From: Xylanibacter ruminicola 23
GTDB lineage: Bacteria > Bacteroidota > Bacteroidia > Bacteroidales > Bacteroidaceae
Direction of reading: 5' to 3'
Length of the DNA stretch: 32,000 bases
Assembly: GCF_000025925.1 (NCBI RefSeq)
Contig: NC_014033.1
Coordinates: forward strand, 1,590,001 to 1,622,000
Numbering within the stretch: position 1 is the first letter of the stretch; each line of letters opens with the position of its first letter. The translations under genes were made by a program, and so were the position numbers. Shown here in pieces: positions 15,633 to 24,527 of the stretch. The notes beneath the pieces are model-generated. The model was not told where the DNA came from, made no database searches, and worked only from the letters and a program-made list of their open reading frames with translations.

Positions 15633-16460
15633 TTAATCTTTAATAACTTTTTTGCACTTATTGATAAACTTCTCGGCCATAGCGGCATTCTTCGACTCAG
15701 GGAACTCGTTCAGGAATCCGTAGCACTCGTCCTCGGCATCGCGATAACGATCCATACGCTTCTCCTCCGAACTGTTCTCGGCCAACTCGAACTTAGCCTT
15801 CATAATGAGCAGCATCAAATCCTCGCGGATACTGCAGTAAGGATAGTTCTTCAGGCAGTTCTGAGCCGTAATGATACAAGCATTGTAGTTACTCTCCTCG
15901 TTTGAGTTGATGTTACCGAAGTAGCCACCCAGATTATAATACAACTCGGCTGAGAGATACTCCTTCTGAATCAGCTTCTCGTGGAGCTCGTACAAACGTG
16001 ACTGAGCCTGAGGACGAAGCGATGACTCGGGATAGAGATCCATAAACTGCTGGTAGGCAGTAATGGCGCCATTAGTAGGCGACTGATCCAGTCGAGGCTC
16101 GGGGGCACTCTGATACAACGACTGACCTACATAGAAGTAAGCCAACTCGGCATAGGTTCCACGAGGATAGCTTGTAGTATATTTCTTGAAAGTTTCCGAA
16201 GCAGCATCGTAATCCAGATTGCCGTACTGAGCCATACCCAACATATACAGACACTCCTGAGCTTCGTCGGAGCCTTTCTTGATAGTCACCAGTTCTTCCA
16301 ACAGCGAAGTAGCCTGCTGGAATTTTCCACATGCGAATGCTTCTTTAGCATACTCATACTTATAATCAGTGTCACCATACTTGTAGACACTGTTAAACTC
16401 TGAGGCGCAACTGCTAAGCAGTAATGCCGCACATGCCAATGTAATGATACCTTTATTCAT
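15633..16460 (-). CDS. bamD: Outer membrane protein assembly factor BamD (TPR lipoprotein)
   Basis: Lipobox LLLSSC. TPR-like repeats (YEYAKEAFACGKFQQATSLLEEL, YMLGMAQYGNLDYDAA, YFYVGQSLYQ). 275 aa. Confidence 0.8.
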   Translation of the reverse strand: MNKGIITLACAALLLSSCASEFNSVYKYGDTDYKYEYAKEAFACGKFQQATSLLEELVTIKKGSDEAQECLYMLGMAQYGNLDYDAASETFKKYTTSYPRGTYAELAYFYVGQSLYQSAPEPRLDQSPTNGAITAYQQFMDLYPESSLRPQAQSRLYELHEKLIQKEYLSAELYYNLGGYFGNINSNEESNYNACIITAQNCLKNYPYCSIREDLMLLIMKAKFELAENSSEEKRMDRYRDAEDECYGFLNEFPESKNAAMAEKFINKCKKVIKD

Positions 16461-16470
16461 ATTCGGGGTG

Positions 16471-16478
16471 CAAAATTA
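16471..16478 (-). promoter_or_regulatory. -7 promoter box TAATTTTG for bamD
   Basis: TAnnTTTG match on the minus strand, 10 nt upstream of the ATG at 16460. Confidence 0.5.
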
Positions 16479-16553
16479 GCACTTTTCGGTCAAATAACAA
16501 AGTTTTATGTAAGGTTTTTGGCGTTTTTTGATGTTTTTTTAATAACTTATTCG

Positions 16554-16561
16554 TATCTTTG
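16554..16561 (+). promoter_or_regulatory. -7 promoter box TATCTTTG for uvrB
   Basis: TAnnTTTG match only 8 nt upstream of the ATG at 16570. Confidence 0.55.
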
Positions 16562-16569
16562 CACACTCA

Positions 16570-18609
16570 ATGAGCAAATTTATACTAACATCGGAATATA
16601 AACCCACTGGCGATCAGCCCGAGGCGATACGTCAGTTAACTGAGGGATTGGATCGCGGAGACCGTGCTCAGGTACTGCTTGGAGTAACGGGATCGGGTAA
16701 GACATTTACGATGGCAAACGTGATTGCGCAACACAATCGCCCTACCCTGATTCTGAGTCATAACAAGACATTGGCAGCACAGCTTTACGAAGAAATGAAA
16801 GGTTTCTTTCCGCAGAACGCCGTAGAGTTTTATGTAAGCTATTATGACTACTATCAACCAGAAGCATACCTACCCACCACCGATACTTACATCGAAAAGG
16901 ATCTGGCCATCAACGACGAGATCGACCGCTTGCGTCTATCCGCCGTATCCAACCTACTTTCAGGTCGTAACGATGTAGTTGTGGTATCATCCGTATCATG
17001 CATTTATGGTATGGGAAGCCCGGTAGCGCTTCAGGAGAATGTAATCGAGCTGAAGAAAGGTCAGATTCTTGACCGCAATGCTTTGTTAAGAAAGTTGGTA
17101 GCCGCATTATATGTACGAAACGACTTGGATTTGCAGCGAGGTAACTTTCGCGTAAAGGGCGATACCGTAGATATTGCGATGGCCTATAGCGAGGTGGTAC
17201 TCCGTATTACATTCTGGGACGATGAGATCGACGCCATCGAAGAGATGGATGCTGTTACCTTTGACCGACTGGCCAGTTTCGACGAATACCGCCTGTACCC
17301 AGCCAACCTTTTCATGACCTCGCAAGAGCAAACCAACATAGCCATCCACCAGATTCAGGACGACCTGATGAAACAGGTGCTCTATTTCGAGGAGATTGGC
17401 GATAACATCAAGGCTCAACGCATTAAGGAACGCGTAGAGTACGACATGGAAATGATCAAGGAACTGGGCCATTGCTCGGGTATCGAGAACTATAGCCGCT
17501 ATTTTGATGGTCGCCAAGCTGGCGAACGTCCTTACTGTCTGCTGGATTTCTTCCCCGACGACTATCTGCTCATTATCGACGAGAGTCACGTAAGTGTACC
17601 GCAAATCAGCGCCATGTATGGCGGCGACCGCAGCCGCAAGCAGAACCTGGTAGAATACGGTTTCCGTTTGCCTGCCGCCTTCGACAACCGACCGCTGAAG
17701 TTCGAGGAATTCCAGCAGGAGGTGAATCAGGTGATCTACGTGAGCGCTACCCCAGCCGATTACGAATTGAATGAGGCCGAGGGCGTAGTGGTTGAACAGG
17801 TTATCCGTCCTACAGGACTGCTCGACCCAGAGATTGAGGTACGCCCCAGCGAGAATCAGATAGACGACTTGATGGACGAGATCCTGACTCGTAGTCATCG
17901 TGGTGAGCGTGTACTCATCACCACACTGACCAAGCGCATGGCCGAGGAACTCACAGAATATCTGCTGAACCACAGCGTAAAAACCGCCTACATCCATAGC
18001 GATGTAGCCACACTGGACCGTGTAAAGATTCTGAGCGATTTGCGCCAAGGCGTTTACGACGTACTGGTAGGTGTAAACCTACTTCGTGAAGGTCTCGACC
18101 TGCCCGAAGTATCACTGGTTGCCATCCTTGATGCCGATAAGGAAGGCTTTTTGCGCAGTCATCGCAGCTTGACGCAGACAGCCGGTAGAGCCGCCCGTAA
18201 CGTAAACGGCAAGGTGATTATGTATGCCGATACCATCACGGCATCGATGCAGCTAACCATCGACGAAACCCTGCGCCGCCGCCTGAAACAGATGAAATAC
18301 AACGAGGAGCATCACATCACTCCAAAGCAGATTGTGAAGAACCTGAGTTTCAACGCTTTACAGAAGGAGAACCGTGCCGACACGAAGGAGCTGATGCGTA
18401 ACTTCTCGATGGCTGCCGAAAACGGCGATGCTGGTGTGAGAGTGGCTGCCGACCCGATAGAGGAACGCATGACCCGACCACAGATGGAAAAGCTGATAGA
18501 AGAGACTACACGCAAGATGAAAGAAGCTGCCAAACAGCTCGACTTCCTGCAAGCTGCACAATATCGCGATGAGATAGTTAGATTGCAGAAAGAGCTGGAA
18601 TTGAAGTAA
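16570..18609 (+). CDS. uvrB: Excinuclease ABC subunit B
   Basis: N-terminus MSKFILTSEYKPTGDQPEAI matches the canonical UvrB start. Walker A GVTGSGKTFT, DESH box (IIDESHV), helicase motifs, and a C-terminal UVR domain (LDFLQAAQYRDEIVRLQKEL). Confidence 0.97.
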   Translation: MSKFILTSEYKPTGDQPEAIRQLTEGLDRGDRAQVLLGVTGSGKTFTMANVIAQHNRPTLILSHNKTLAAQLYEEMKGFFPQNAVEFYVSYYDYYQPEAYLPTTDTYIEKDLAINDEIDRLRLSAVSNLLSGRNDVVVVSSVSCIYGMGSPVALQENVIELKKGQILDRNALLRKLVAALYVRNDLDLQRGNFRVKGDTVDIAMAYSEVVLRITFWDDEIDAIEEMDAVTFDRLASFDEYRLYPANLFMTSQEQTNIAIHQIQDDLMKQVLYFEEIGDNIKAQRIKERVEYDMEMIKELGHCSGIENYSRYFDGRQAGERPYCLLDFFPDDYLLIIDESHVSVPQISAMYGGDRSRKQNLVEYGFRLPAAFDNRPLKFEEFQQEVNQVIYVSATPADYELNEAEGVVVEQVIRPTGLLDPEIEVRPSENQIDDLMDEILTRSHRGERVLITTLTKRMAEELTEYLLNHSVKTAYIHSDVATLDRVKILSDLRQGVYDVLVGVNLLREGLDLPEVSLVAILDADKEGFLRSHRSLTQTAGRAARNVNGKVIMYADTITASMQLTIDETLRRRLKQMKYNEEHHITPKQIVKNLSFNALQKENRADTKELMRNFSMAAENGDAGVRVAADPIEERMTRPQMEKLIEETTRKMKEAAKQLDFLQAAQYRDEIVRLQKELELK

Positions 18610-18619
18610 AAAAACATAA

Positions 18620-18646
18620 AATCCGTGTTAATCCGTGTAATCCGTG
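18620..18646 (+). repeat. Triple direct repeat AATCCGTG (spacing 10 and 9 bp)
   Basis: aAATCCGTGtTAATCCGTGtAATCCGTGc. Lies 22-50 nt upstream of the -7 box at 18669. Confidence 0.8.
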
Positions 18647-18668
18647 CTAAAATTTAAAAATAAATTAG

Positions 18669-18676
18669 TACTTTTG
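18669..18676 (+). promoter_or_regulatory. -7 promoter box TACTTTTG for the DUF4468 operon
   Basis: TAnnTTTG match 29 nt upstream of the ATG at 18706. Confidence 0.5.
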
Positions 18677-18705
18677 CACGGTTTTATTAAAATAAAAAAG
18701 GTTAT

Positions 18706-19323
18706 ATGAAAAAGTTTTTGATAGCCATACTGATGGCAATGCCTGTAATAGCTTCGGCTCAGGACAATACTTGGGAGCGTATCGAACAGGAACCTGTTTC
18801 AACTGTTAACCCAGATGCCAAATACCTGGCAGAAGGTGCAGTACCAGAGGTTGACGGCAAGGTTTGCTGGCAGACCACCATCAAAGCGCCAGGCAAATCG
18901 GCTCAGCAGATTTACGACATTCTGCTTAAGCAGATGGAAAAGATGGTTAACGAGCCCAACCAGATTGCCAATAGCGCCGTTGCCATTAAGGATGCCGACA
19001 AGCATGAGCTGGGCGCCGTATTCCACGAGTGGCTGGTATTCAAGAACACCACCCTGTCGCTCGACCGCACTCAGTTTAACTTCCAGCTGATTGTAAAATG
19101 CAGCGACGAGCAGGCCGATGTAAAAATCGCTCACATTTCGTATAACTACGACATCGAGCGCAAGCCCGTACGCTATAATGCTGAAGAATGGATTACCGAC
19201 AAGTATGCCGTTAACAAGAAGCATACCAAGCTGTATCCACTCTCGGCTAAGTTCCGCCGCAAAACAATTGACCGTAAGGACTTTATCTTCAATAAGTTCA
19301 ATACGTTGTTAAACGATAAATAA
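18706..19323 (+). CDS. Secreted DUF4468-like protein
   Basis: Signal peptide MKKFLIAILMAMPVIASAQ. YLAGAVPEVDGKVCW-type N-terminal motif, as I recall for DUF4468. 205 aa. Confidence 0.6.
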   Translation: MKKFLIAILMAMPVIASAQDNTWERIEQEPVSTVNPDAKYLAEGAVPEVDGKVCWQTTIKAPGKSAQQIYDILLKQMEKMVNEPNQIANSAVAIKDADKHELGAVFHEWLVFKNTTLSLDRTQFNFQLIVKCSDEQADVKIAHISYNYDIERKPVRYNAEEWITDKYAVNKKHTKLYPLSAKFRRKTIDRKDFIFNKFNTLLNDK

Positions 19324-19328
19324 ATAAC

Positions 19329-19502
19329 ATGAGCAAAGACCAGATACGCAATATTCTGAATTTAATCTTTATGATTGGCGCAATCGTAGGGCTGATTTTC
19401 TTTTTCTCTAAGAACGAAGAACGACATACCCTCGGTTTGTACATCATCTTATTCTCGATGTGCTTCAAGATAGCCGAATCGTCTATGCGAATGATCAAAT
19501 AA
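19329..19502 (+). CDS. Small (57 aa) two-TM membrane protein, absent from the ORF track
   Basis: ATG 19329 to TAA 19500-19502. Translates to MSKDQIRNILNLIFMIGAIVGLIFFFSKNEERHTLGLYIILFSMCFKIAESSMRMIK. Lies 5 nt after the upstream stop and 3 nt before the next ATG. Confidence 0.5.
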   Translation: MSKDQIRNILNLIFMIGAIVGLIFFFSKNEERHTLGLYIILFSMCFKIAESSMRMIK

Positions 19503-19505
19503 TCT

Positions 19506-21836
19506 ATGTACAGAAGACTATCCACACTTATCGTAGCACTATTGGCGCTGGCTCATGTCAGCGCTCAGACTGATCGTGATTTCAATCAGATTGACGAGAA
19601 CGGAAATGTAAGCCGTCGAAGCGAGAACTTCAACAAGCATAGCAAGGATACCACTCAGCACAAGGAGATTCCAAAGGGACTCTACACGTGGACTATCGAC
19701 AGAAGGTTTGGTGATGTAATTCCTACAGAGCCCGACACCCTGTCGCACTTGTTTATGAATACCACTTTCAATAGTGGCATGTATGGCGACTATAACACCA
19801 CGGGAAGCAACTATACCGCCCGACTGAGTCGTATCTTTATCGACCGTCCTTATGGCGATTACTTCATATTCACCGAGCCCTACAGTTTTGTGAATAAGAA
19901 GCCAGACGAATTGCTGTACATGAACACCTTGTCGCCCTATACCAGCGTACTTTACGACAATTGCGGCGATAAGACCAACGGCGAGGACCATATCGATGCC
20001 AAATTCGCAGTAAACGCCAACAAGCGACTCAACTTCGGATTCGATCTGGATTATGCTTATGCCCGCGGCTATTACAGCAATCAGAACGTTTCGCATTTTA
20101 ACGGAACCTTGTTTGGTTCGTATTTAGGCGACCGCTATCAGATGCATTTCTTCTTTAATGCCGCTCACCAGAAAGCTTCAGAGAATGGTGGTATCACTAC
20201 CGATGATTATGTAACCCATCCCGAATCATTCACCGACAATTATACTGAGAGTGAAATTCCTACCGTGCTCTCAAAGAACTGGAACCGTAACGACCACCAG
20301 CACCTGTTCCTGAGTCATCGTTACAACATTGGTTTCTATCGCATGGTTAAGATGACCGACGAAGAAATCAAGGCCCGCCAGTTTGCCAAGGAATCGATGA
20401 AGGAGCACGAGGCAGAAAAGGAGCAGCAGGATGCCGACAAGAAAGAGTTGCGCAAAGAAAAAGATACCAAGAAGCCAACCGGTCGCCCCGAAGGAGCCAA
20501 GGTGGTAGGCAAAGAGCCACAAAGAGACGCGCTCGATATAGCTGCCGACACCACCCGCATAAAAGTTGACGGTCAGGCTGCCATCGATAGTTTGAATCGC
20601 TTGCAGGCTATTCAAGATTCTATCGACGCCACGATGAAACGCGAATACGTACCTGTAACCAGTTTCATCCACACACTCGATATCAGCAATTACAACCACA
20701 TCTATCAGGCCTATAGCACGCCAACAAATTATTACCAGAACACCTATTATAAACAGGGTCTGGTATATGGCAACGACTCGATTTACGATCAGGTTAAGCA
20801 CCAGCATATCAAAAACACGTTGGCATTGGCACTGCTCGAAGGCTTCAATAAATACGTAAAAGCCGGCCTGAAGGCATTTGTTTCGTACGAGCACAACACC
20901 TATCAGATGCCTGAATTGGAGAATGGTTTGCTGCTTTGGAATAAGTGGAAAGAGTATAACCTTACATTCGGTGCCCAGCTGAGTAAGACACAAGGCAAGA
21001 CACTGCATTTCAACCTTACTGCCGAGCGATGGCTTTCGGGAGCTGATGCAGGCGACATGACTATCGACTTCAGTACCGATCTGAACTTCCCATTATTCGG
21101 CGATACCGTCCAGCTGGCAGCATCAGCTTTCTATCAGCAGTGCAACCCTGTATTCCTGCAAGCCACCTATCACTCTAAGCATATCTGGTGGGATAACAAT
21201 TTCGACAGAGAAAAACGCAGTCGCATTGAGGGTCTGTTCAGTTATCAGAAGACCAATACCAAACTGCGTATAGCTGCCGAGAATATCAAGAACTACACCT
21301 ACTACGGTATGAGTTACGACCTGACCGATAATGGAGGACGTAAGAATATGACCGCAGGTGTTTATCAGGAAGGCGAGAATATCCAGATACTTACAGCTCA
21401 GCTGCATCAGAACTTCCGCTTGGGCCCACTGAACTGGGAAAACGTTATCACCTATCAGAAATCCAGCAACAAGGAAGTTTTACCCTTGCCCGACCTGAAT
21501 ATCTTCACCAATCTTTACCTGAAGTTTAAGATAGCCAAGGTGCTGGGTGTAGAACTGGGTGCTGATGCCACCTACTTTACCAAGTATTACGCTCCCGATT
21601 TCTGTCCTGCCATCAATCAGTTTGCAGTTCAGAAGAACGAGGCCAGCCGTATTGAATTAGGTGAGTTCCCCTTTATTGACGTTTATGCAAACATGACACT
21701 GAAGGGTGTAAGATTCTTCCTGGTAATGACCAATGTGGTTAACAATGGTGCAAACCACATGAAGTTCCTCACACCGCACTATCCTACTAACGGATCGGTA
21801 ATACACTTTGGTGTTTCGTGGCCTTTCTTCAACTAA
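19506..21836 (+). CDS. Large outer-membrane protein, putative porin family candidate
   Basis: Signal peptide (..LALAHVSAQ). 776 aa, aromatic- and Asn-rich beta-strand pattern, C-terminal ..HFGVSWPFFN. Central charged, probably helical insert at aa ~281-378. The family call is recalled, not searched. Confidence 0.6.
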   Translation: MYRRLSTLIVALLALAHVSAQTDRDFNQIDENGNVSRRSENFNKHSKDTTQHKEIPKGLYTWTIDRRFGDVIPTEPDTLSHLFMNTTFNSGMYGDYNTTGSNYTARLSRIFIDRPYGDYFIFTEPYSFVNKKPDELLYMNTLSPYTSVLYDNCGDKTNGEDHIDAKFAVNANKRLNFGFDLDYAYARGYYSNQNVSHFNGTLFGSYLGDRYQMHFFFNAAHQKASENGGITTDDYVTHPESFTDNYTESEIPTVLSKNWNRNDHQHLFLSHRYNIGFYRMVKMTDEEIKARQFAKESMKEHEAEKEQQDADKKELRKEKDTKKPTGRPEGAKVVGKEPQRDALDIAADTTRIKVDGQAAIDSLNRLQAIQDSIDATMKREYVPVTSFIHTLDISNYNHIYQAYSTPTNYYQNTYYKQGLVYGNDSIYDQVKHQHIKNTLALALLEGFNKYVKAGLKAFVSYEHNTYQMPELENGLLLWNKWKEYNLTFGAQLSKTQGKTLHFNLTAERWLSGADAGDMTIDFSTDLNFPLFGDTVQLAASAFYQQCNPVFLQATYHSKHIWWDNNFDREKRSRIEGLFSYQKTNTKLRIAAENIKNYTYYGMSYDLTDNGGRKNMTAGVYQEGENIQILTAQLHQNFRLGPLNWENVITYQKSSNKEVLPLPDLNIFTNLYLKFKIAKVLGVELGADATYFTKYYAPDFCPAINQFAVQKNEASRIELGEFPFIDVYANMTLKGVRFFLVMTNVVNNGANHMKFLTPHYPTNGSVIHFGVSWPFFN

Positions 21837-22747
21837 ACAAGCAGAAGTCCAAGACTCACACAAACACCATAGATAAAGATATTACGCGCTGTTTCTCCTA
21901 AGCAGAGATTCAGCGCTTTTCCTTGGTATATGCGCTTAATCTTCAGATAAGTGATAAAGTGCAGCACGAGATAGATGAATGGGAATACAAAAGCAAGCAG
22001 ATGACCATTCAACAGGAATGTACCACCCAGAATCATAGCGCCAACACCTACACCTATATATAACTGCAAACCGGCTTTTGCACCTAAACGCACAATGATG
22101 GTATTCTTACCAGCCTGACGATCGTTATCTCTGTCGCGGAAATTATTCACTATCAAAAGCGCATCGATAACCAGTCCGCAAGCTATCGAAGCAAGTACCA
22201 ACTCCCAAGTAAACTCATGAAGCTGTATATAATAGGTACAGCAGACAGGAACCAAACCAAAAAACACAAGTACCAGCAAATCGCCTAAGCCTTGATACGA
22301 GAACCACGTGGTATAAAGGAATGCAAATAACACACATATCATTCCAACCAGCACCATCTCGAAACCGCCATAATACACTAGCGGCAAACCTATCACACAA
22401 GCAATGCAGGTTGTCAAGGCAATCGCTTTCTTCATCGAATCGAGTTTTACCCAGCCTTGCGCACAGGCTCTACGCGGACCTAAGCGTGTTTCAGCATCGT
22501 CGGTACCATTCACAAAATCAAAAAAATCGTTGATAAAGTTGGCATCAATCTGCATGGCAAAGGCAAACAGCAAGCACAGCAATGCCGCTACCCAGCTAAA
22601 CGTTCCTTCACCATACTGCGCTGCGTCAGAATATGCCAAAGCCACACCTATCATCACAGGAACCGCAGCTCCTGATAATGTTTTTGGACGGGCGGCCAAC
22701 AACCATGCTTTAGCCGAATCCGTCACTATTTTTTGTTCTTCTGCCAT
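21833..22747 (-). CDS. menA: 1,4-dihydroxy-2-naphthoate polyprenyltransferase (UbiA family)
   Basis: AWLLAARPKTLSGAAVPVMIG N-terminus, Asp-rich NDFFDFVNGTD motif and second DRDNDRQAGKNT motif, and ~8 TM segments. The start was set at ATG 22747 because a -7 box (22768-22775) lies inside the longer track ORF. Its stop overlaps the porin stop by 3-4 nt. Confidence 0.8.
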   Translation of the reverse strand: MAEEQKIVTDSAKAWLLAARPKTLSGAAVPVMIGVALAYSDAAQYGEGTFSWVAALLCLLFAFAMQIDANFINDFFDFVNGTDDAETRLGPRRACAQGWVKLDSMKKAIALTTCIACVIGLPLVYYGGFEMVLVGMICVLFAFLYTTWFSYQGLGDLLVLVFFGLVPVCCTYYIQLHEFTWELVLASIACGLVIDALLIVNNFRDRDNDRQAGKNTIIVRLGAKAGLQLYIGVGVGAMILGGTFLLNGHLLAFVFPFIYLVLHFITYLKIKRIYQGKALNLCLGETARNIFIYGVCVSLGLLLV

Positions 22748-22767
22748 AATTTTCTTAAAATTTCTTG

Positions 22768-22775
22768 CAAAAGTA
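22768..22775 (-). promoter_or_regulatory. -7 promoter box TACTTTTG for menA
   Basis: TAnnTTTG match on the minus strand, 20 nt upstream of the ATG at 22747. Confidence 0.5.
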
Positions 22776-22787
22776 ACTACTTTTTTG

Positions 22788-22795
22788 TAAATTTG
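22788..22795 (+). promoter_or_regulatory. -7 promoter box TAAATTTG for the HD-domain gene
   Basis: TAnnTTTG match 21 nt upstream of the ATG at 22817. Confidence 0.5.
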
Positions 22796-22816
22796 CAAAG
22801 AAAATCAAAACTTTTT

Positions 22817-23473
22817 ATGACAAGCAATACCCCGAGTCTGGATTTAGTGGAGTTTATCGAGACACAGATTCTCCCAAAATACGCTGAGTTTGACCGTGCA
22901 CATAACATGGAGCACGTCACAAGAGTTATACGCAATTCTCTCGAGCTGGTTAGGGCTACGGGAGCTGACGTCAACATGGTTTATACCATTGCTGCCTACC
23001 ACGATCTGGGCATGTGCGGCCATCGCGCCGATCACCATATGCGTGGCGGTAAGATTCTGGCAGCCGATGCCCGCCTGAAAAAATGGTTCTCGATCGAACA
23101 GATTAAGATCATGAAAGAGGCAGTAGAGGATCATCGTGCATCAGCCAGTCGCAGTCCCCGTTCTATATACGGCAAGATTGTGGCCGAAGCTGATAGAGAC
23201 ATCGATCCAGACCGTATTATTCGTCGCTGCATCCAGTTTGGCTTGGCTAACTACCCCGAGAAATCAGTTGAGGAACATTGGGCCCGCTTCAAAGAGCACA
23301 TGGCCAGCAAGTACTCAAAAGACGGTTACATAAAACTATGGATTCCCAATTCGCCGAACGCTAAACGACTCAACGAATTGAGAACCATTATCGAACAGCC
23401 ACAACAACTTCGTGAGGCTTTCGACCGAATTTTCCCTGAAGAGGCAGCTATCTCAGATACAGAAAGTAAATAG
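22817..23473 (+). CDS. HD-domain phosphohydrolase
   Basis: H..H (NMEHVTRV) and AAYHDLGM HD motif, with downstream EADRD. The start was set at MTSNTPS (22817), downstream of its promoter box. Confidence 0.7.
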   Translation: MTSNTPSLDLVEFIETQILPKYAEFDRAHNMEHVTRVIRNSLELVRATGADVNMVYTIAAYHDLGMCGHRADHHMRGGKILAADARLKKWFSIEQIKIMKEAVEDHRASASRSPRSIYGKIVAEADRDIDPDRIIRRCIQFGLANYPEKSVEEHWARFKEHMASKYSKDGYIKLWIPNSPNAKRLNELRTIIEQPQQLREAFDRIFPEEAAISDTESK

Positions 23474-23600
23474 CTGCAAGAGCTACAACCATCGCTATCA
23501 GAATGGCCGACTTGATGAGACAAGAAGCAACTTTCTTAATCACCAAGAAGGCTACCACGATGGCTACCAGCACAAATATGTAATAACTTACGTTTCCCAT
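23448..23600 (-). CDS. Small (50 aa) two-TM membrane protein
   Basis: MGNVSYYIFVLVAIVVAFLVIKKVASCLIKSAILIAMVVALAAIYFLYLR. The ATG at 23600 lies 1 nt after the TAA of the upstream pseudouridine synthase. The longer track ORF would overlap that gene. 26-bp convergent overlap with the HD gene. Confidence 0.4.
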   Translation of the reverse strand: MGNVSYYIFVLVAIVVAFLVIKKVASCLIKSAILIAMVVALAAIYFLYLR

Positions 23601-23601
23601 T

Positions 23602-24498
23602 TTACTTAAACAGTTTTTTGAATGCAGTTGGAACAGGTGTTTCGAACTCCATAGGCTCACCGGTTACTGGGTGATGGAAGCACAGCAGCCACGCATGCAG
23701 ACAAAGGCGGTGTATAGGATCATCGCCATTGCCGTACTTAGGATCACCACATACAGGATGTCCCATATCAGCTGAATGCACACGAATCTGATTCTTACGA
23801 CCTGTTTCGAGCTTAAACTCTACCAAAGAGTGATCGGTAGTGCGGTCTAACACATGATAATGCGTAACGGCATATTTACCACCATTATCGGTTGGCGACG
23901 AATAAGTTACATACGCCTTATTATCCTTCAGCCAGTTGGCAATAGTACCCTCATCGTTCTCCATTTCGCCTGAACAAACAGCTACATATCGGCGATCGTA
24001 CACGATATCATGCCAGTTATGCTCCAGAATCTGTTCGGTTTCCATATCCTTGGCATAAACCATCAGTCCACTGGTATCACGATCCAGTCGGTGTACCACA
24101 TGTGCCGTACATTTCTGACGCGATTTCTTGAAATAATCATCCAGCACTGTTTTTACGTTCAGTGATGAGTGACCAGCCGCCATCGAGAGAATGCCCTCAG
24201 CCTTCTCAATCACAATCAGCCATTTATCCTCGTAAACGATTTTCACGTAACGACTCTTGAACGACTGCTGATTGCGCTTGGTTTTGCTAACAGCCACTTT
24301 CATACCTGGCTCCAACTGAAAATCAAACTGACTCACAGTCTTGCCATTTACTTTGATACCTCTACCCTGCAGAGTCGCCTTTATCTTTGAACGACTTTGC
24401 TGAACATTGGCCAACAACCATTCCAACAATGGCATCGACTCGTTGACCACCAGGTGCTCATAGTCACCCTCTCGGTTATAGCCTGCGTTATATCTCAT
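23602..24498 (-). CDS. RluA-family 23S rRNA/tRNA pseudouridine synthase with N-terminal S4 domain
   Basis: Catalytic HRLDRDTSGLMVYAK motif, plus KxY...GxPxxxHRIH-like C-terminal motifs (NQIRVHSADMGHPVCGDPKYG). 298 aa. Confidence 0.85.
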   Translation of the reverse strand: MRYNAGYNREGDYEHLVVNESMPLLEWLLANVQQSRSKIKATLQGRGIKVNGKTVSQFDFQLEPGMKVAVSKTKRNQQSFKSRYVKIVYEDKWLIVIEKAEGILSMAAGHSSLNVKTVLDDYFKKSRQKCTAHVVHRLDRDTSGLMVYAKDMETEQILEHNWHDIVYDRRYVAVCSGEMENDEGTIANWLKDNKAYVTYSSPTDNGGKYAVTHYHVLDRTTDHSLVEFKLETGRKNQIRVHSADMGHPVCGDPKYGNGDDPIHRLCLHAWLLCFHHPVTGEPMEFETPVPTAFKKLFK

Positions 24499-24519
24499 CT
24501 CAACATCTTATTTGGGGGA

Positions 24520-24527
24520 CAAAGGTA
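24520..24527 (-). promoter_or_regulatory. -7 promoter box TACCTTTG for the pseudouridine synthase gene
   Basis: TAnnTTTG match on the minus strand, 21 nt upstream of the ATG at 24498. Confidence 0.5.

Noticed and set aside
17107-18048. 313-aa ORF antisense to uvrB
   Set aside because: It lies entirely inside the securely identified uvrB gene on the opposite strand. Its translation is low-complexity (V/L/A/Q-rich) with no recognisable motifs and no promoter box. This is a typical shadow ORF.
18620-18646. AATCCGTG triple repeat as a CRISPR-like or iteron array
   Set aside because: The units are only 8 nt with 1-2-nt spacers and there are three copies. No cas or replication genes are nearby. 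It is better explained as a regulator binding site and is kept as part of a finding.
20271-21008. 245-aa ORF (and the 74-aa ORF at 20336-20560) antisense to the putative porin gene
   Set aside because: It is embedded in a longer ORF that has a signal peptide and OMP features. The antisense frame is kept open by the biased charged-insert sequence.
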